The notes below the pieces were generated by a model. The model did not search any database and had not been told where the DNA came from. It worked only from the letters and a program-made list of their open reading frames with translations. From assembly GCA_023920165.1 (NCBI GenBank), contig CP089275.1, positions 4,836,001 to 4,900,000 of the forward strand: a stretch of DNA of 64,000 bases, in the 5' to 3' direction. Source of the stretch: Curvularia clavata (taxonomy: Eukaryota). The position numbers and the translations under genes were made by a program. Below are positions 1 to 12,918 of the stretch, piece after piece; position 1 is the stretch's first letter, and every line of letters starts with the position of its first letter.

Positions 1-3000
1 AGCAAGTCAATGTTCTCAAGCTGCTCGCTACCGCTGTCCTCGGAGACCTCGAACCCATTCAACGTCGCAAGTGTGAAGACCTCATTACCGAGTTCGTTCA
101 CCAGCGCGATGTCATTCACAAGCTGGACAAAGTTGGTGCGCGCTCGCCAACTCACCACATGTGGCTGCTTTGCATGCGATATGTATACGAGCCTGGCAAC
201 GACCTGCTTCAACGACTGAGGATTAAGATGGCAAACGCTGTGCTTGACTACGGTTTCGAATACCTAGGCGTCGCTGATCGCCTGGTGCGCACCCCTCTTA
301 CCGACCGCTGTTTCCTCACTCTTACCCAAGCGCTTTGCCAGCGACTTGGTGGTTCTCCATATGGTCCAGCCGGTACTGGTAAGACTGAATCCGTCAAGGC
401 TCTCGGTGTACAGCTTGGACGTTTCACCTTGGTCTTCTGCTGTGACGATACATTCGACTTCCAAGCCATGGGTCGTATCTTCCTCGGTATCTGCCAGGTC
501 GGTGCTTGGGGATGTTTCGATGAGTTCAACCGTTTAGAAGAACGTATTCTCTCGGCCGTTTCTCAGCAAATTCAGAACATCCAATTGGGTCTCAAGAAGG
601 GCGCTGAGGATGACAAGTCCCAGATTGAACTTATCGGTCGCCAGCTCAAGGTCAACGGTAACACTGGAGTCTTCATCACCATGAACCCTGGCTACGCGGG
701 TCGTTCGAACTTGCCCGACAATCTCAAGAAGCTTTTCCGAAGCGTTGCCATGTCCAAACCCGACAAAGAACTTATTGCCGAAGTCATGTTATACTCCCAA
801 GGTTTCTCTCAAGCCAAGGAGCTGTCGAAGCAAGTCGTACCGTTCTTCGACAGGTGTTCATCAGGACTCTCCAAGCAGGCTCATTATGACTTTGGTCTTC
901 GTGCATTGAAGAGTGTGCTTGTTAGCTCTGGTGGACTGAAGCGTGCTCGTCTCGCTCATCAAGAGGACTCAACGCTGGATGAGGAAGGCATGGAGCCTCA
1001 GATTATCATTCAGAGTTTGCGCGAGACGATCGCACCCAAGCTCATCCGCTCTGATGTTGAGCTCATGATGGCTATTCAGGAAGAGTCATTCCCTGGCGTC
1101 CAATACGTTCCGGCTCCTCTCGACAAGCTGACTGAAGCCATCCACAAGTGTGCTGCAGAGTCCAAGCTTGTCGTTAGTGATTCATGGATGACCAAGATTA
1201 TCCAGCTGTACCAGATTCAGAAGTTACACCACGGTGTCATGATGGTTGGTTCTTCTGGTTCTGGAAAGTCTACAGCCTGGAGGACGCTTCTCTCCGCTTT
1301 GCAAGCCGTAGAAGGTGTTGAGGGTGTTTGCCACGTTATCGACCCCAAGGTTATGTCCAAAGAGCAGCTCTATGGAACGCTGGACAGCACAACGCGTGAG
1401 TGGACCGACGGTCTTTTCACCAGCATCTTGCGTAAGATCGTGGACAACCTCCGTGGTGAAGACAGCAAGCGACACTGGATCGTATTCGATGGTGATGTAG
1501 ACCCCGAATGGGTTGAGAACTTGAACTCTGTGCTCGATGACAACAAGCTTCTTACGCTGCCCAACGGAGAGCGTCTCAACCTCCCGTCCAACGTCCGCAT
1601 CATGTTCGAAGTCGAGACACTCAAGTACGCAACGCTCGCCACAGTCTCTCGTTGCGGTATGGTCTGGTTCAGCGACGACACCGTTGAGGTCGATATGATG
1701 ATCAAGAACTACATTGAACACCTCAAGACGGTGCCATTTGAGGACATTGAGGACGACTCCGTCGCTCCTGGACAAATGTCCCAGAAAACTCTTGCAACTC
1801 AAGGAGTGGTTGCTGACTTTCTGCACATTAAGCTCACTCAGGATCGCTTTATTGAAAAAGCGCTCAGCATGGCGAGGAAATTCAAGCATATCATGGAGTA
1901 CACCGATATCCGCGCGCTCAACACGCTCTTCTCGTTGCTCAACAAGGCATGCCGCAATGTGCTTGAGTACAACGTGCAGCACCCGGACTTCTCTCTTGAG
2001 GACGAGAAGATGGAGACATATCTCTCCAAGAAGCTGCTTGTTGCTCTCGTATGGGCATTAGTTGGTGATTGTCCCCTCTCAGAGCGGAAACAATTCGGTG
2101 ACCTTATCGCTGGTCTTACCGACGTCGAGCTTCCTACTCTGAACGAGTCTACGTCCCTGATCGATTATGATGTGAAGCCTGATAGGCCTGAGTGGGATAC
2201 ATGGCAGAGCCAGGTACCTAACGTTGAGGTTAACACTCACTCCGTCACTCAGACGGATGTGGTTATTCCTACCCTGGATACTGTTCGTCACGAGGATGTT
2301 CTCTATTCCTGGCTGGCAGAGCACAAGCCACTGCTGCTCTGTGGTCCTCCAGGTTCCGGAAAGACCATGACCTTGTTCAGTGCACTCCGAAAACTTCCAA
2401 ACATGCAGGTTGTGGGTCTCAACTTTTCCAGCGCCACCACACCGGATCTCCTCATCAAGACATTCGAGCAGTACTGCGAGTACAAGAAGACTCTCAATGG
2501 TGTCCAGCTTACTCCTACGCAAGTTGGCCGTTGGCTAGTCATTTTCTGCGACGAGATCAACTTGCCTGCACCAGACAAGTACGGTACTCAGCGCGCCATC
2601 TCTTTCCTGAGACAACTTGTTGAGCACAATGGTTTCTGGAGGACATCCGACAAGACCTGGGTTACGCTCGACCGCATTCAATTCGTCGGTGCTTGTAACC
2701 CTCCAACCGACGCTGGTCGTACACCCATGGGCCTCAGATTCCTGCGTCACGCTCCACTCATCATGGTTGACTATCCTGGAGAGCAGTCACTCATTCAGAT
2801 TTACGGTACATTCAATGCTGCAGTGCTCAAGATCATTCCGACACTTAGAGGCTATGCCGATGCTCTCACCAAGGCAATGGTTCAGCTCTACAGCGAGTCA
2901 CAGAAGCGTTTCACACCTGACATCCAACCTCATTACGTCTATTCACCCCGTGAGCTTACTCGATGGATTCGTGGTATCTATGAGGCACTGCGACCGCTCG

Positions 3001-6000
3001 AGACTCTACCTGTTGAGGGGCTTGTCAGGATTTGGGCGCACGAAGCCTTGCGCTTGTTCCAAGATCGTCTTATTGCGGAAGAGGAGAGGAAGTGGACCGA
3101 GGAGTGTGTTCACCGGGTTGCTCTTGAGCATTTCCCTACGATCGACGAGGAGAAGGCTCTCAGCGGCCCTATCCTGTTCTCCAACTGGCTTTCAAAGAAC
3201 TACGTGCCAGTTGAGCGTGAACAGCTCCGAGAGTTTGTCAAGGCCCGACTTCGCACTTTCTGCGAGGAGGAGGTCGATGTTCCACTTATCCTCTTTAACG
3301 ATGTGCTTGAGCACGTACTTCGTATCGATCGTGTCTTCCGCCAGCCACAAGGTCACCTTATTCTCATTGGTGTCAGTGGATCTGGAAAGACTACTTTGTC
3401 GCGTTTCGTTGCCTGGATGAATGGTTTGAGTGTTTACCAGATTAAGGTCCATGGTAAATACTCGGGTGATGATTTCGACGAGGACTTGCGTACCGTACTG
3501 CGACGATGCGGTTGCAAGGGTGAAAAGATTTGCTTCATCATGGACGAAGCCAATGTCCTCGACTCCGGTTTCCTTGAACGCATGAACACACTGCTTGCTA
3601 ACGCCGAAGTTCCCGGTTTGTTCGAGGGTGATGAGTACGCTTCCTTGCTTACCGCCATTAAGGAGGGTGCTCAGCGCCAGGGTATCATTCTCGATTCCCA
3701 GGACGAGCTGTACAAGTGGTTCACGGAGCAGATTGTCAAGAACCTTCACGTTGTCTTTACGATGAATCCTCCAGAAGGAAGTCTGTCGTCCAAGGCTGCA
3801 ACAAGTCCTGCGCTCTTCAACCGTTGCGTGCTCAACTGGTTCGGAGACTGGTCCGATCAAGCACTCTACCAAGTCGGTTCCGAACTTACTCAGTCTGTTG
3901 ACTTGGACCGTACAAACTACATCGCACCCGATAGCATTCCAGTCGCCTACCGTGGACTTACTCTGCCACCATCTCATCGTGAGAGTGTGGTCAATGCTAT
4001 GGTTGCAGTACACCACTCGCTTCGGAGCAAGAACGCGAAGTTGGCAAAGACGCAGAATCGCAAGATGTACCTCACGCCACGACACTTCCTAGACTTTGTT
4101 GCGCAATACGTCAAGCTGTACAATGAGAAGCGCGAAGACCTGGAAGAACAGCAACGCCATCTCAATGTCGGTCTAGAGAAACTTCGCGAGACATTCGACA
4201 AAGTTAAAGAACTTCGAGCAAGTCTTGCAGAGAAGCAGAAGCAATTGACTAAGAAGGATGCTGAGGCAAACGAGAAACTGCAGCGTATGATTGCGGACCA
4301 AAATGAGGCTGAGCAGAAGAAGGCAGGATCCATCAAGATGCAGGCTCAACTTGCAAGGGATAAGGAGGAGATCCAGAAGCGACAGGAAGTGGTCAACACT
4401 GATTTGGCAGCAGCAGAGCCTGCTGTCATAGAGGCACAGAAGAGTGTGCAGAATATCAAGCGCCAACACCTCACTGAAGTCCGATCCATGCAGAACCCCC
4501 CTGCTGGTGTCAAGCTTGCACTTGAGGCTGTTTGTACCATCCTTGGCCACAAGCCCGACAGCTGGAAGACCATTGTTTCTATTGTCAGGCGTGATGACTT
4601 CATCGCAAGTATCGTACAGTTCGATAACGAGAGGCAAATGACGGCTGCACACCGCAGGAAGATGCAGAACGAGTACTTGTCCAAGGAAGATTTCACATTT
4701 GAGAAGGTCAACCGCGCTTCCAAGGCTTGCGGTCCCCTCGTCCAGTGGGTATCTGCGCAAGTCACCTACTCTGACATTCTTGACCGAGTTGGACCCCTCC
4801 GTGCTGAAGTCGAAAATCTGCAAGTTGAGCTGCAAAAGACGGAAGAGGGTGCAAAGGAGACCCAGATCCTCATCCAGAACCTCGAGGAAAGTATCGGCCG
4901 TTACAAGACTGAATACGCAGCCTTGATCAGCGAAACTCAGGCCATCAAGGCAGAAATGTCAACTGTCCAGTTCAAGGTTGACCGCAGTGTACGACTTCTC
5001 GACAGCTTGTCATCCGAACGTACGCGATGGGAGGAGAGCAGCAAGTCATTCGATTCCCAGATTGACACGATTGTCGGTGATGTTTTGGTCGCTGCGGCGT
5101 TCATTGCTTATGCTGGTTACTACGATCAGCAATACCGAAAGGCACTCACCGAGGACTGGTACGACCATCTCAAGCAGTCTGGCATCAGCTTCAAGCCAAC
5201 AAATCCATTTACCGAATATCTTTCGACAGCTGATGACCGTTTGAACTGGCAACATAATGGTCTACCCGTTGACGACCTTTGCACTGAGAACGCCATCGTT
5301 CTCCAGCGGTTCAACCGTTATCCACTTATCATTGACCCGTCGGGCAGGACTACCGAGTTCTTGCAGAACGAATGCAAGGAGCGCCGCCTTACCATCACAA
5401 GTTTCTTGGACGACTCTTTCACCAAGCAGCTTGAGAGTTCCCTGCGTTTCGGTAACCCAATCTTAATTCAGGATGCCGAACATCTGGACCCTATTCTTAA
5501 CCACGTTCTCAACAAGGAGTACCAGAAGACTGGAGGCCGTGTCCTTATTCAACTCGGCAAGCAAGAAATTGACTTTTCACCGTCCTTCCGCTTGTATCTC
5601 TCTACTCGCGATCCTTCCGCCAACTTCGCTCCCGATATTTGCAGTCGTACCACTTTTGTCAACTTTACGGTCACGCAAAGCAGCTTGCAAACCCAGACAC
5701 TCAACGAGGTTCTCAAGTCTGAAAGACCCGATGTCGACGAGCGACGCTCTAATCTCATCAAGATGCAAGGAGAGTTTGCAGTCCACCTTCGCCAGCTTGA
5801 GAAGCGATTGCTACAGGCTCTCAACGAGTCGCGTGGTAACATCCTCGACGATGACCGCGTTATCGAAACGCTCGAGACGCTGAAGAAAGAAGCCAAGGAG
5901 ATCTCTGAGAAGGTGGCTGAGACTGCTGGTGTTATGACAGAGGTTGAGAACATTACTAAGGAGTACACTGTCGTTGCTCGTTCATGCTCGGCAATTTTTG

Positions 6001-7650
6001 CTGTCTTGGAGCAACTCCACCACCTCAATCACTTCTACCAGTTCTCACTGCAGTACTTTACACAGATCTTCGAGGCGGTGCTGCGCAAGATTCGCAACTC
6101 GTCAATCACAGGACATGCTGCCCGCATTGAGCAGATTGTCACTGAACTCTTTGTGGATGCTTACCGCCGCACCTCGCTGTCCTTGCTCCAGAAGGACCGC
6201 GTCACTTTCGCCATGCTCCTCGTGCAAGCAGCGCCTTACAAGATGGACAAGTCACACATTGACCAGATTCTTGACCCTGATCTCAAGGGCATTGATGTGT
6301 CGACTGAAATGAATCGCAAGGAAGAAGCTATGGAGCGTGCGCGCAAGCTTCCCATCTTCAAAGACGTGCTCGACAAGATTGATGAGAGTGCCTGGGACGC
6401 ATTCCTTAACGAGGAGATGGGAGAGCGACACGTGCCACAGGCTTGGCCAGAAGATATCACCAAGTTCGACCAGCTTTTGCGAGCTCTCATCCTCGTCAAA
6501 CTGTTCCGCGTTGATCGCTTTGTGCCGGCTGTGGAGCGATTCGTCACTGAGGTATTTGGCAAGGGCATTCTCGATGCCAGTGGCGATCTAGGCGATATTG
6601 TCAAGCAAGTGAACGCCGTCACCCCAGTTGCTCTCAGCTCCAGCCCTGGCTTCGACGCCAGTTACAAGGTTGACAACCTTGTCGAGAGGGAGCAAGTCGT
6701 CTGTTCCAACATTGCCATGGGTTCCAACGAAGGTGCCGCCCAAGCAGACAAGGCTATCGCCAACGCGGCCACTACTGGTAACTGGGTACTCGTCAAGAAC
6801 GTCCATCTTACTCCTCAATGGCTGCAGTCACTCGAGAAGCGTCTTGAAGCTCTCAAGCCCAACCCTGACTTCCGCCTGTTCCTTTCCATGGAGTCTAGTC
6901 CGAAGATTCCTGTCAACTTGCTCCGTGCTTCTCGTGTTCTGTCCTACGAACAACCTGCTGGAGTACGCGCCAACATGAAGGACTCTCTGTCATCTTTGGC
7001 CGAGAAGGCAATCAAGCCGCCAGTGGAGAAGGCCCGTGTCTATCTTCTCCTGTCCTTCCTGCATGCGGTCATCCAAGAACGTCTAAGATACGCACCCACG
7101 CTTGGATGGAAGGGCTTCTGGGAGTTCAATGACAGTGACGTAAGTTTTCCTTGCATACATTTGTGTCTCTATTATACATATACTAACTATATTCTAGTAC
7201 GAATGCTGCAGCTTCATCATCGACACCTGGATCGACACTGTCGCCCAAGGCCGCTCCAATATCGCGCCCACTAAGATTCCTTGGGAAATGCTGCGTACTC
7301 TCATCACCGAAATGTATGGCGGCAAGATTGACAACAGTGAAGACTGGCAGATTCTCGCTTCTCTGGTCGACGCATGCATGACTCCCGCGGCGTTTGAAGA
7401 CAACTTCAAGATCGTCAAAGAAACAGAGCACAGCGAAGGTCTCGAGCTTCCCACCTCGACTAGCTGGAAGGACTTCATGGGCTGGGTCAACGATCTCCCT
7501 GAGCGCGAGCCTCCTACTTACTTGGGTCTGCCGGCTAATGCAGAGAAGTTGCTACTTGTGGGCCAGGCGAATGATATGGTTGGTGGATTGAAGAGAGTGG
7601 TGGAGATGTTGGATGAGGGAGAGCAGATTATGGCGGAGGCGGAGTCGTAG
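1..7650 (+). CDS. DYN1: Cytoplasmic dynein 1 heavy chain, 5'-truncated by the window edge; exons <1-7139 and 7198-7650
   Basis: Frame is open from base 3. Four P-loops ([32 protein letters not shown]), CFDEFNR, coiled-coil stalk/MTBD and AAA5-6 motifs. Intron 7140-7197 (GTAAGT..TACTAAC..TAG) joins FNDSD to [18 protein letters not shown]; stop TAG 7648-7650. Confidence 0.97.
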
Positions 7651-8239
7651 ATGGGTTCCGTTACGCTTTTTCTTTCTTCTTTGCAAGAACAACTGTTTAT
7701 TTAAATCATGGATCAGGCGTACTAGGCGTATTGGCTGGGGATATAGGATGGTCTCCATAGATGACTTTTATATACCCTTCTTCTCTTCTATACCCATTTC
7801 TATGTCTCTCTTGGTGTGATGCAAGTAAGATAAAAACAAAAGTGTAAATCTGATGGAATGTGAGTTTCGGACGGGCAATAGCCTCGCGTTCATGCAGAGT
7901 TGAGCCCATTAAGTGTACAAGAAGATGCAAGGAATAGTTGGAGGTTCATGTTATAGGATTGACCACTTCGAGTTAACTACTATTGCAGTACCTAGACGTA
8001 CAAAAAGTTCCAGTCAGGTTCCGCCGTTCGAACCTACTCAACTCAGAAACAATCGAATGCAACCAGCCATCGTAATATAAACTACACTTCAACAACTTCA
8101 AAAACTAGGAAGACATGTCGCTTCCCCAGAACAAATCACACCATACATATACACATTTCCCCAAATCAAGGAAAAGCTCAACGCAAGATGACATAGCGCG
8201 CTATGGGCAATGACAAAATGAGGAAAAAAAATATAAACT

Positions 8240-9943
8240 CTACTCGTCTCCTCCAGAGCTCAACCGCTGCTTCTTGAACTGCTTCCTGACATTTGTTCGC
8301 TCCTCAGTCGTGCGGCTCATGCGTCCCTGCAACTCGTCGAACTCTTTCTGCCACTTCTCAAGCCAAATACGTTTGCGTTCCTCGAGGACATCCATGTCGT
8401 GCTGGAGAGCGTTGATTTCCTTGGTGAGAGTCTGCTCTTTCATGATGATTCGGGCGAGATCCTCGAATTCCACATCCTCGGCGGAGCGCTTCACGCCGCG
8501 TGGTGGGGCGGAAGGTGCGTCGTCAGGAGTCGGGGTGTCGGCAATGGTGTCCTTCTTGGAGTTGGGTTGGGGAGAGGAAGTGGCGTTTGGTTCTTGGTTG
8601 TTTTGCACGAGGGAAGGCGCGGATTTGCGGGCAAAATTTCGTGGCCATGGTGATCCGCGTGGGGGCTCAGCAGCGAGTGTGGATTGTATGTCACTTTCGT
8701 CGATGTAGGAACTCTCGCTGGACATGACGGGCTTTGCTATCGCCTCGCTTCGAGCAATGCCGTTTTTCGCATCGTGCGAGGGAGGCTTAGCAGCGGCAGG
8801 ACCCATGCGGTCGGCGATGTACTCGAGCGCGACGCGAAGTCGTTCAGGATATTTCTTTGTTTCTTTGAGGACGCAGTCGGTTGCGATGCCGGCGGCGATG
8901 AAGTAGAACTTGACCATCAACGTCACTCTGGCTCTATCAGATTGCTCCAGCGCGCTAGGCTGCTTAGGGTAGCACTTGCTGAAAGGGTGCCATACTTGCT
9001 GTCTGGCAACTGTCTCGGTTTTCATGGGTTCTTCGTTATCTGCGGTTTGTACGTAGAATCGGACCTCGTGGAAACCACGCGGCAGCCCTACCATGTACGC
9101 GTAAATGTCGTGTCCTGATTTGGCCTCCTTTCCAACAAACAGTTTCTTAGGTTGGGCTTCTGGTATAGACTTCTGTGTCACGAATTGCATCTCGTCTGCT
9201 TCGGGTAGATTATCCAGAAGATACAACGCGTCGTATTCTTTTAGGTACGCCAACAGAAAGTCAAAGTCAGTGTTCGTGTTGCTGTTCTGTGGCTCTCGGG
9301 ACAGCCTGACTGAAGGGCTTTGCAGCTCGATTTTCCTGTTCGTTGACGCTTCTGTCTTACCGTTGCGGCTACCAGAGCGTAAGCCGTACACAGTGTCAGC
9401 GTCCTCAACGTCGGAGCTCTCTTCCACAACGTCGCGGGTCCGTCTGGTGCGATTTTGAGTGCCGTCTTGCTCGTAGAGCTTTTCCTCTTCAATCCTCTTG
9501 ACGGCAGCTCCGAATCGTTTACAAAAGTCATCCCTTTCGCATTCGAGGCCGTCAATGAGCCCTCGGGTCAAGAAATACCACCTGATGAGCATGCTGAACT
9601 TGCGCTTCATGGGCTTCGAGTTCTCTGCAAGATACCTAAAAGGTGCATCGAGGGACATCTTCATCACCTCGTCCTGGGTAACGATTGCCGGCGGGGAGGA
9701 AGATCTGGCGCCAAGTTTCTCAGGGTCTTTTGTACAGTATCGTACTTCTCGTGCCTTCTCGCCATATCGAGCCAAGTAGGCATATATTTCACGCCCGTAG
9801 TGATTGCCAATTAGAAGAGCATGTGGCGGATTTCCTGCCGAGTATGAGATCCAGGTCATAGACTCTGCTGACGGTAGCGCATCTAGCTGTGGCCCAGCGC
9901 CATAGGATGCTATGATTTTTCGAAGTTCGTCACCGACAGACAT
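8240..9943 (-). CDS. Hypothetical protein (~567 aa) with two copies of an uncharacterised ~150-aa domain and a C-terminal coiled coil
   Basis: Long intronless ORF. ATG at 9943 has an ACAATG context (the track extends to an upstream ATG at 10222). Internal repeat visible by eye; basic NLS-like stretches KRSAE and KKQRL. Confidence 0.8.
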   Translation of the reverse strand: MSVGDELRKIIASYGAGPQLDALPSAESMTWISYSAGNPPHALLIGNHYGREIYAYLARYGEKAREVRYCTKDPEKLGARSSSPPAIVTQDEVMKMSLDAPFRYLAENSKPMKRKFSMLIRWYFLTRGLIDGLECERDDFCKRFGAAVKRIEEEKLYEQDGTQNRTRRTRDVVEESSDVEDADTVYGLRSGSRNGKTEASTNRKIELQSPSVRLSREPQNSNTNTDFDFLLAYLKEYDALYLLDNLPEADEMQFVTQKSIPEAQPKKLFVGKEAKSGHDIYAYMVGLPRGFHEVRFYVQTADNEEPMKTETVARQQVWHPFSKCYPKQPSALEQSDRARVTLMVKFYFIAAGIATDCVLKETKKYPERLRVALEYIADRMGPAAAKPPSHDAKNGIARSEAIAKPVMSSESSYIDESDIQSTLAAEPPRGSPWPRNFARKSAPSLVQNNQEPNATSSPQPNSKKDTIADTPTPDDAPSAPPRGVKRSAEDVEFEDLARIIMKEQTLTKEINALQHDMDVLEERKRIWLEKWQKEFDELQGRMSRTTEERTNVRKQFKKQRLSSGGDE

Positions 9944-10590
9944 TGTGTAAGTGTCGAGAGGATGTGTTAGCCTTTCCCAGTGGACACCAATAGATTTTCT
10001 GCCGTCTTTTTTAATGATTGTGGTAGTATTGGCAGCAGCGCGACAATCAATGCAGCAATGAGCGCAATGCTGGCGTTGTTGACAATCGGCGTAGCGGGTC
10101 AGCGCGTTTGGCCTGAGCCACGGGTACGCCCTAGCCCCAGGTGCGATGCATGGAGTTTGGGGTTTTGCAACAGTTGCAGCGGACCGATGACCGCAAACAA
10201 TAAACTTTATGAGTAATGACACAGGCGAAGGACAGGTTGCAGGACTCGGGTACGTGCTGGAAGGTTGGCTCAGGATGGCTGGGGTCTAAGCGAAAACACG
10301 TGCTCACGTGTTGTACTAAAGCATCTAAAAGAGCGCAGTGTCTGATCTATTTTTGGTTTGTAATATACATTTTGGGCCGGTCATTGAAATACGCGGTACG
10401 AGTTTCGACTCGAATTCAAAGATTTCGTCTATTCGGTGGAAGCCCACCCAAGGCCCTGCTCTCTGCACAACCCTCTCTCTGACCATTTCAGAGTAGAGGC
10501 ATGAGGGTAATAAAACAGCACGGAAAAGAACCCCAGAAATTACAAAGTGTACAAAACGCTAAAATGCTGCAAAAGGGTACTGCAAAACGC

Positions 10591-12009
10591 CTACCGAAGG
10601 TGCTGGTTGCATCGTTGCCGCCTTGCCCAGCTATGGAATCTTGCTTTCTTCCACCCACTCTTCCAACTTAATGATTGTTTCTCTCCTGTTCCCGCCAATT
10701 GTTTAGGCTTCACGTGCGCCCCGAAGCGTATGCTGCTGCTAAGATGGCATTTTGTGTTTGGATTTTCATTCCAATTGGTCTGTGGAATGGACGAGTACGA
10801 CCACTGCACGCAGTATTTGCTCGCCTCGCAGGATTTTTCGCATGCCTCTGGCGATTCTTCTCCTGGTGGTGCACGGTCCTCTTTGGATTCGCTGTTTTCG
10901 AACAAGACATTCCAGCGTGCATTTGACGATTCGGATGACAGATTGTCCCAGTCGTTTCGTGTGTAATTCAAATTTTCTGCTGTGAAGAAGCGATCCCATA
11001 GATCGGCGAAACGCAATGGCTTGTGGTGAGCCTGTTCTCTCTCCATTTTGTACAAATCGTTACCCATGCCTGGAGAAACATGATGCATGATCAAGACTTG
11101 CTCGCACCACAAGGTGGGATGGAACGGTATGGTGCTGGGATCGTAACCAGAAATAGCGGGCCAGACGGGTGTAAAAGCAACGTTGAGCTCCTCCTGCAGT
11201 ACGCTCGATACTAAATCGAATGCAGATGTATGGTCTCGAATGCGTTTTGCCCATTTTTTCAATGTGTCTTTGCGCACTACGAGCAGGTCCTTCATGACTT
11301 TGCGTGACAGAATGAAGGCGGTGCCAGACGGAGCAAACGGATCGGGAACAAGGGTAGTCGCAGCTATGGGTGGGTTCGCAAAGTAATGGCTCGCGTCCGG
11401 GTCATGCTCACTGAGGAATTCGAGCAAGTTGGGTCTGTTGACGTAGGTCTCGTCGTCGATGAAAATATACCAAGGGCGGTCAGGCCTATATTCCCATGCA
11501 GCTGACATGGTCTGCAGGATCTTGTATTTGTCCAATACCATCATGTCCTTTTTTTCTTCCTCTGGATCCTTCTTCTTCAAATCCGTCAAGGGTATGCTCC
11601 TCCGCCCAAAGTCGAGCTGCATCCGGTATCTGTTCAGCTCGTCGGTATGCATGACGACGTCGGTGCCCAGCCGCCAAACAACATCGAAGACGGGCCACTT
11701 GCCGATTTCGGCCTGCAAGTCTGAGAAGAGAAGCAACATGCCATGGTCTTGGTCGGCAGTGTTGAGGATCAGCGGCGCGACTTTGGAGTGGACATTGATG
11801 GCGGTGGTGGTGACGGAGACAACGAGCTGGTCGCGCTCAACCGGATGAGGGCCGGCCGGGGCACCCTGCTGGGGTGGGCGCTTGAGGGCAGGAAGTTCTT
11901 CTTCGTCGTAGATGCGTGGCCATCCCTTGACCCAGAAGAAGACGTAGAGGAAGAGGACGCTGACGAGCAGGCGTGTGGTGCGCGGCATGTGTTTCCGGAA
12001 GGCGGACAT
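10591..12009 (-). CDS. Glycosyltransferase family 31 (Fringe-like) type II membrane protein
   Basis: N-terminal TM segment (LLVSVLFLYVFFW), LDKYK, WYIFIDDETY DxD-like motif, WCEQVLIMHH, Cys-rich C-terminal module (CEKSCE..C.QWSY..C.L). Confidence 0.85.
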   Translation of the reverse strand: MSAFRKHMPRTTRLLVSVLFLYVFFWVKGWPRIYDEEELPALKRPPQQGAPAGPHPVERDQLVVSVTTTAINVHSKVAPLILNTADQDHGMLLLFSDLQAEIGKWPVFDVVWRLGTDVVMHTDELNRYRMQLDFGRRSIPLTDLKKKDPEEEKKDMMVLDKYKILQTMSAAWEYRPDRPWYIFIDDETYVNRPNLLEFLSEHDPDASHYFANPPIAATTLVPDPFAPSGTAFILSRKVMKDLLVVRKDTLKKWAKRIRDHTSAFDLVSSVLQEELNVAFTPVWPAISGYDPSTIPFHPTLWCEQVLIMHHVSPGMGNDLYKMEREQAHHKPLRFADLWDRFFTAENLNYTRNDWDNLSSESSNARWNVLFENSESKEDRAPPGEESPEACEKSCEASKYCVQWSYSSIPQTNWNENPNTKCHLSSSIRFGAHVKPKQLAGTGEKQSLSWKSGWKKARFHSWARRQRCNQHLR

Positions 12010-12918
12010 GGTGGTTAAGAATTGTCCCAGGGCATCTGTGTGTATGAGTAGGCAATGGTATATACAAAGGCCGGCAATCCAAAAGATGACCCCAGAGGCT
12101 GTTGTTTCAGGCCATGGCGGCGGCCAACTTTGACAGTGGAAAAGGCGCGTTGTCGCAAGCGGTCATAGTCAGGGATGCGCCGAGCTTAGCCCCGCCCGGA
12201 ACTCCCCCTGGCTGAGGCGGGGCGCTTCACAATGCCAAAGGACACGCGTCGCGAATACGACACCAGCATGCTCGTTGCGGCAACTTTTCGACGATGACGA
12301 CCGACACTCGTCTGTGATTTCGCGTTCCTACATGTGCTGCGCCCGGGGGTCAGCCTGCATGTTTCCGATGTTTAGCGACTCCACAATGGCGACAAAGCCC
12401 TCTCTCCAACGGCAGTGACGCTGCCAAGCTCATGGCTGGAAGCTTGGTCCTTGCAAGGCTACCAGCATGATTAATGATTAATACATGCAACCAAATCACT
12501 AACATGTGAGGCGTCGACGACATAATCCGCGTTCATGTCATCTCTTACTAGCCTCCAGTACATGTTCCATCAGTTCCTCCCACCGCTGGTGAAAGCAAAG
12601 AATGCTGGTCTACAAACCTACCCTACTCTTACAAGTGGCTGTAGTTTATTGCAATTGTTCGTGATCTGTTGTACTCTTAGCTGTAGTTAACGTAGCGGTC
12701 TATCATGATAACAACATGTCTTTGTAGCTTCACTCGCTCTGACTTTCTGTGTTTACTGGTCATGGGAGAGCTCCTTCACCGAGTGAGAGTAAACCTGTAC
12801 GCTAGTCCGCAATCATGCACGCACCTTGCACCAGCACAAGTGAGAGAACAAAGCCAGCCAACGACAAAGTTCAAATATTCTTCAGTTCAACCAAGCACCA
12901 CCCAGCACAACGCTCTCC

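Noticed and set aside
1224..6622. Long antisense and alternate-frame ORFs over dynein (also over DPP4, the MFS gene and vCPO)
   Set aside because: Shadow ORFs produced by biased codon usage of the real genes; no motifs.
7140..7274. Dynein ORF tail [12 protein letters not shown].. and a separate 120-aa ORF at 7288-7650
   Set aside because: Artefact of reading through intron 7140-7197; both belong to one gene.
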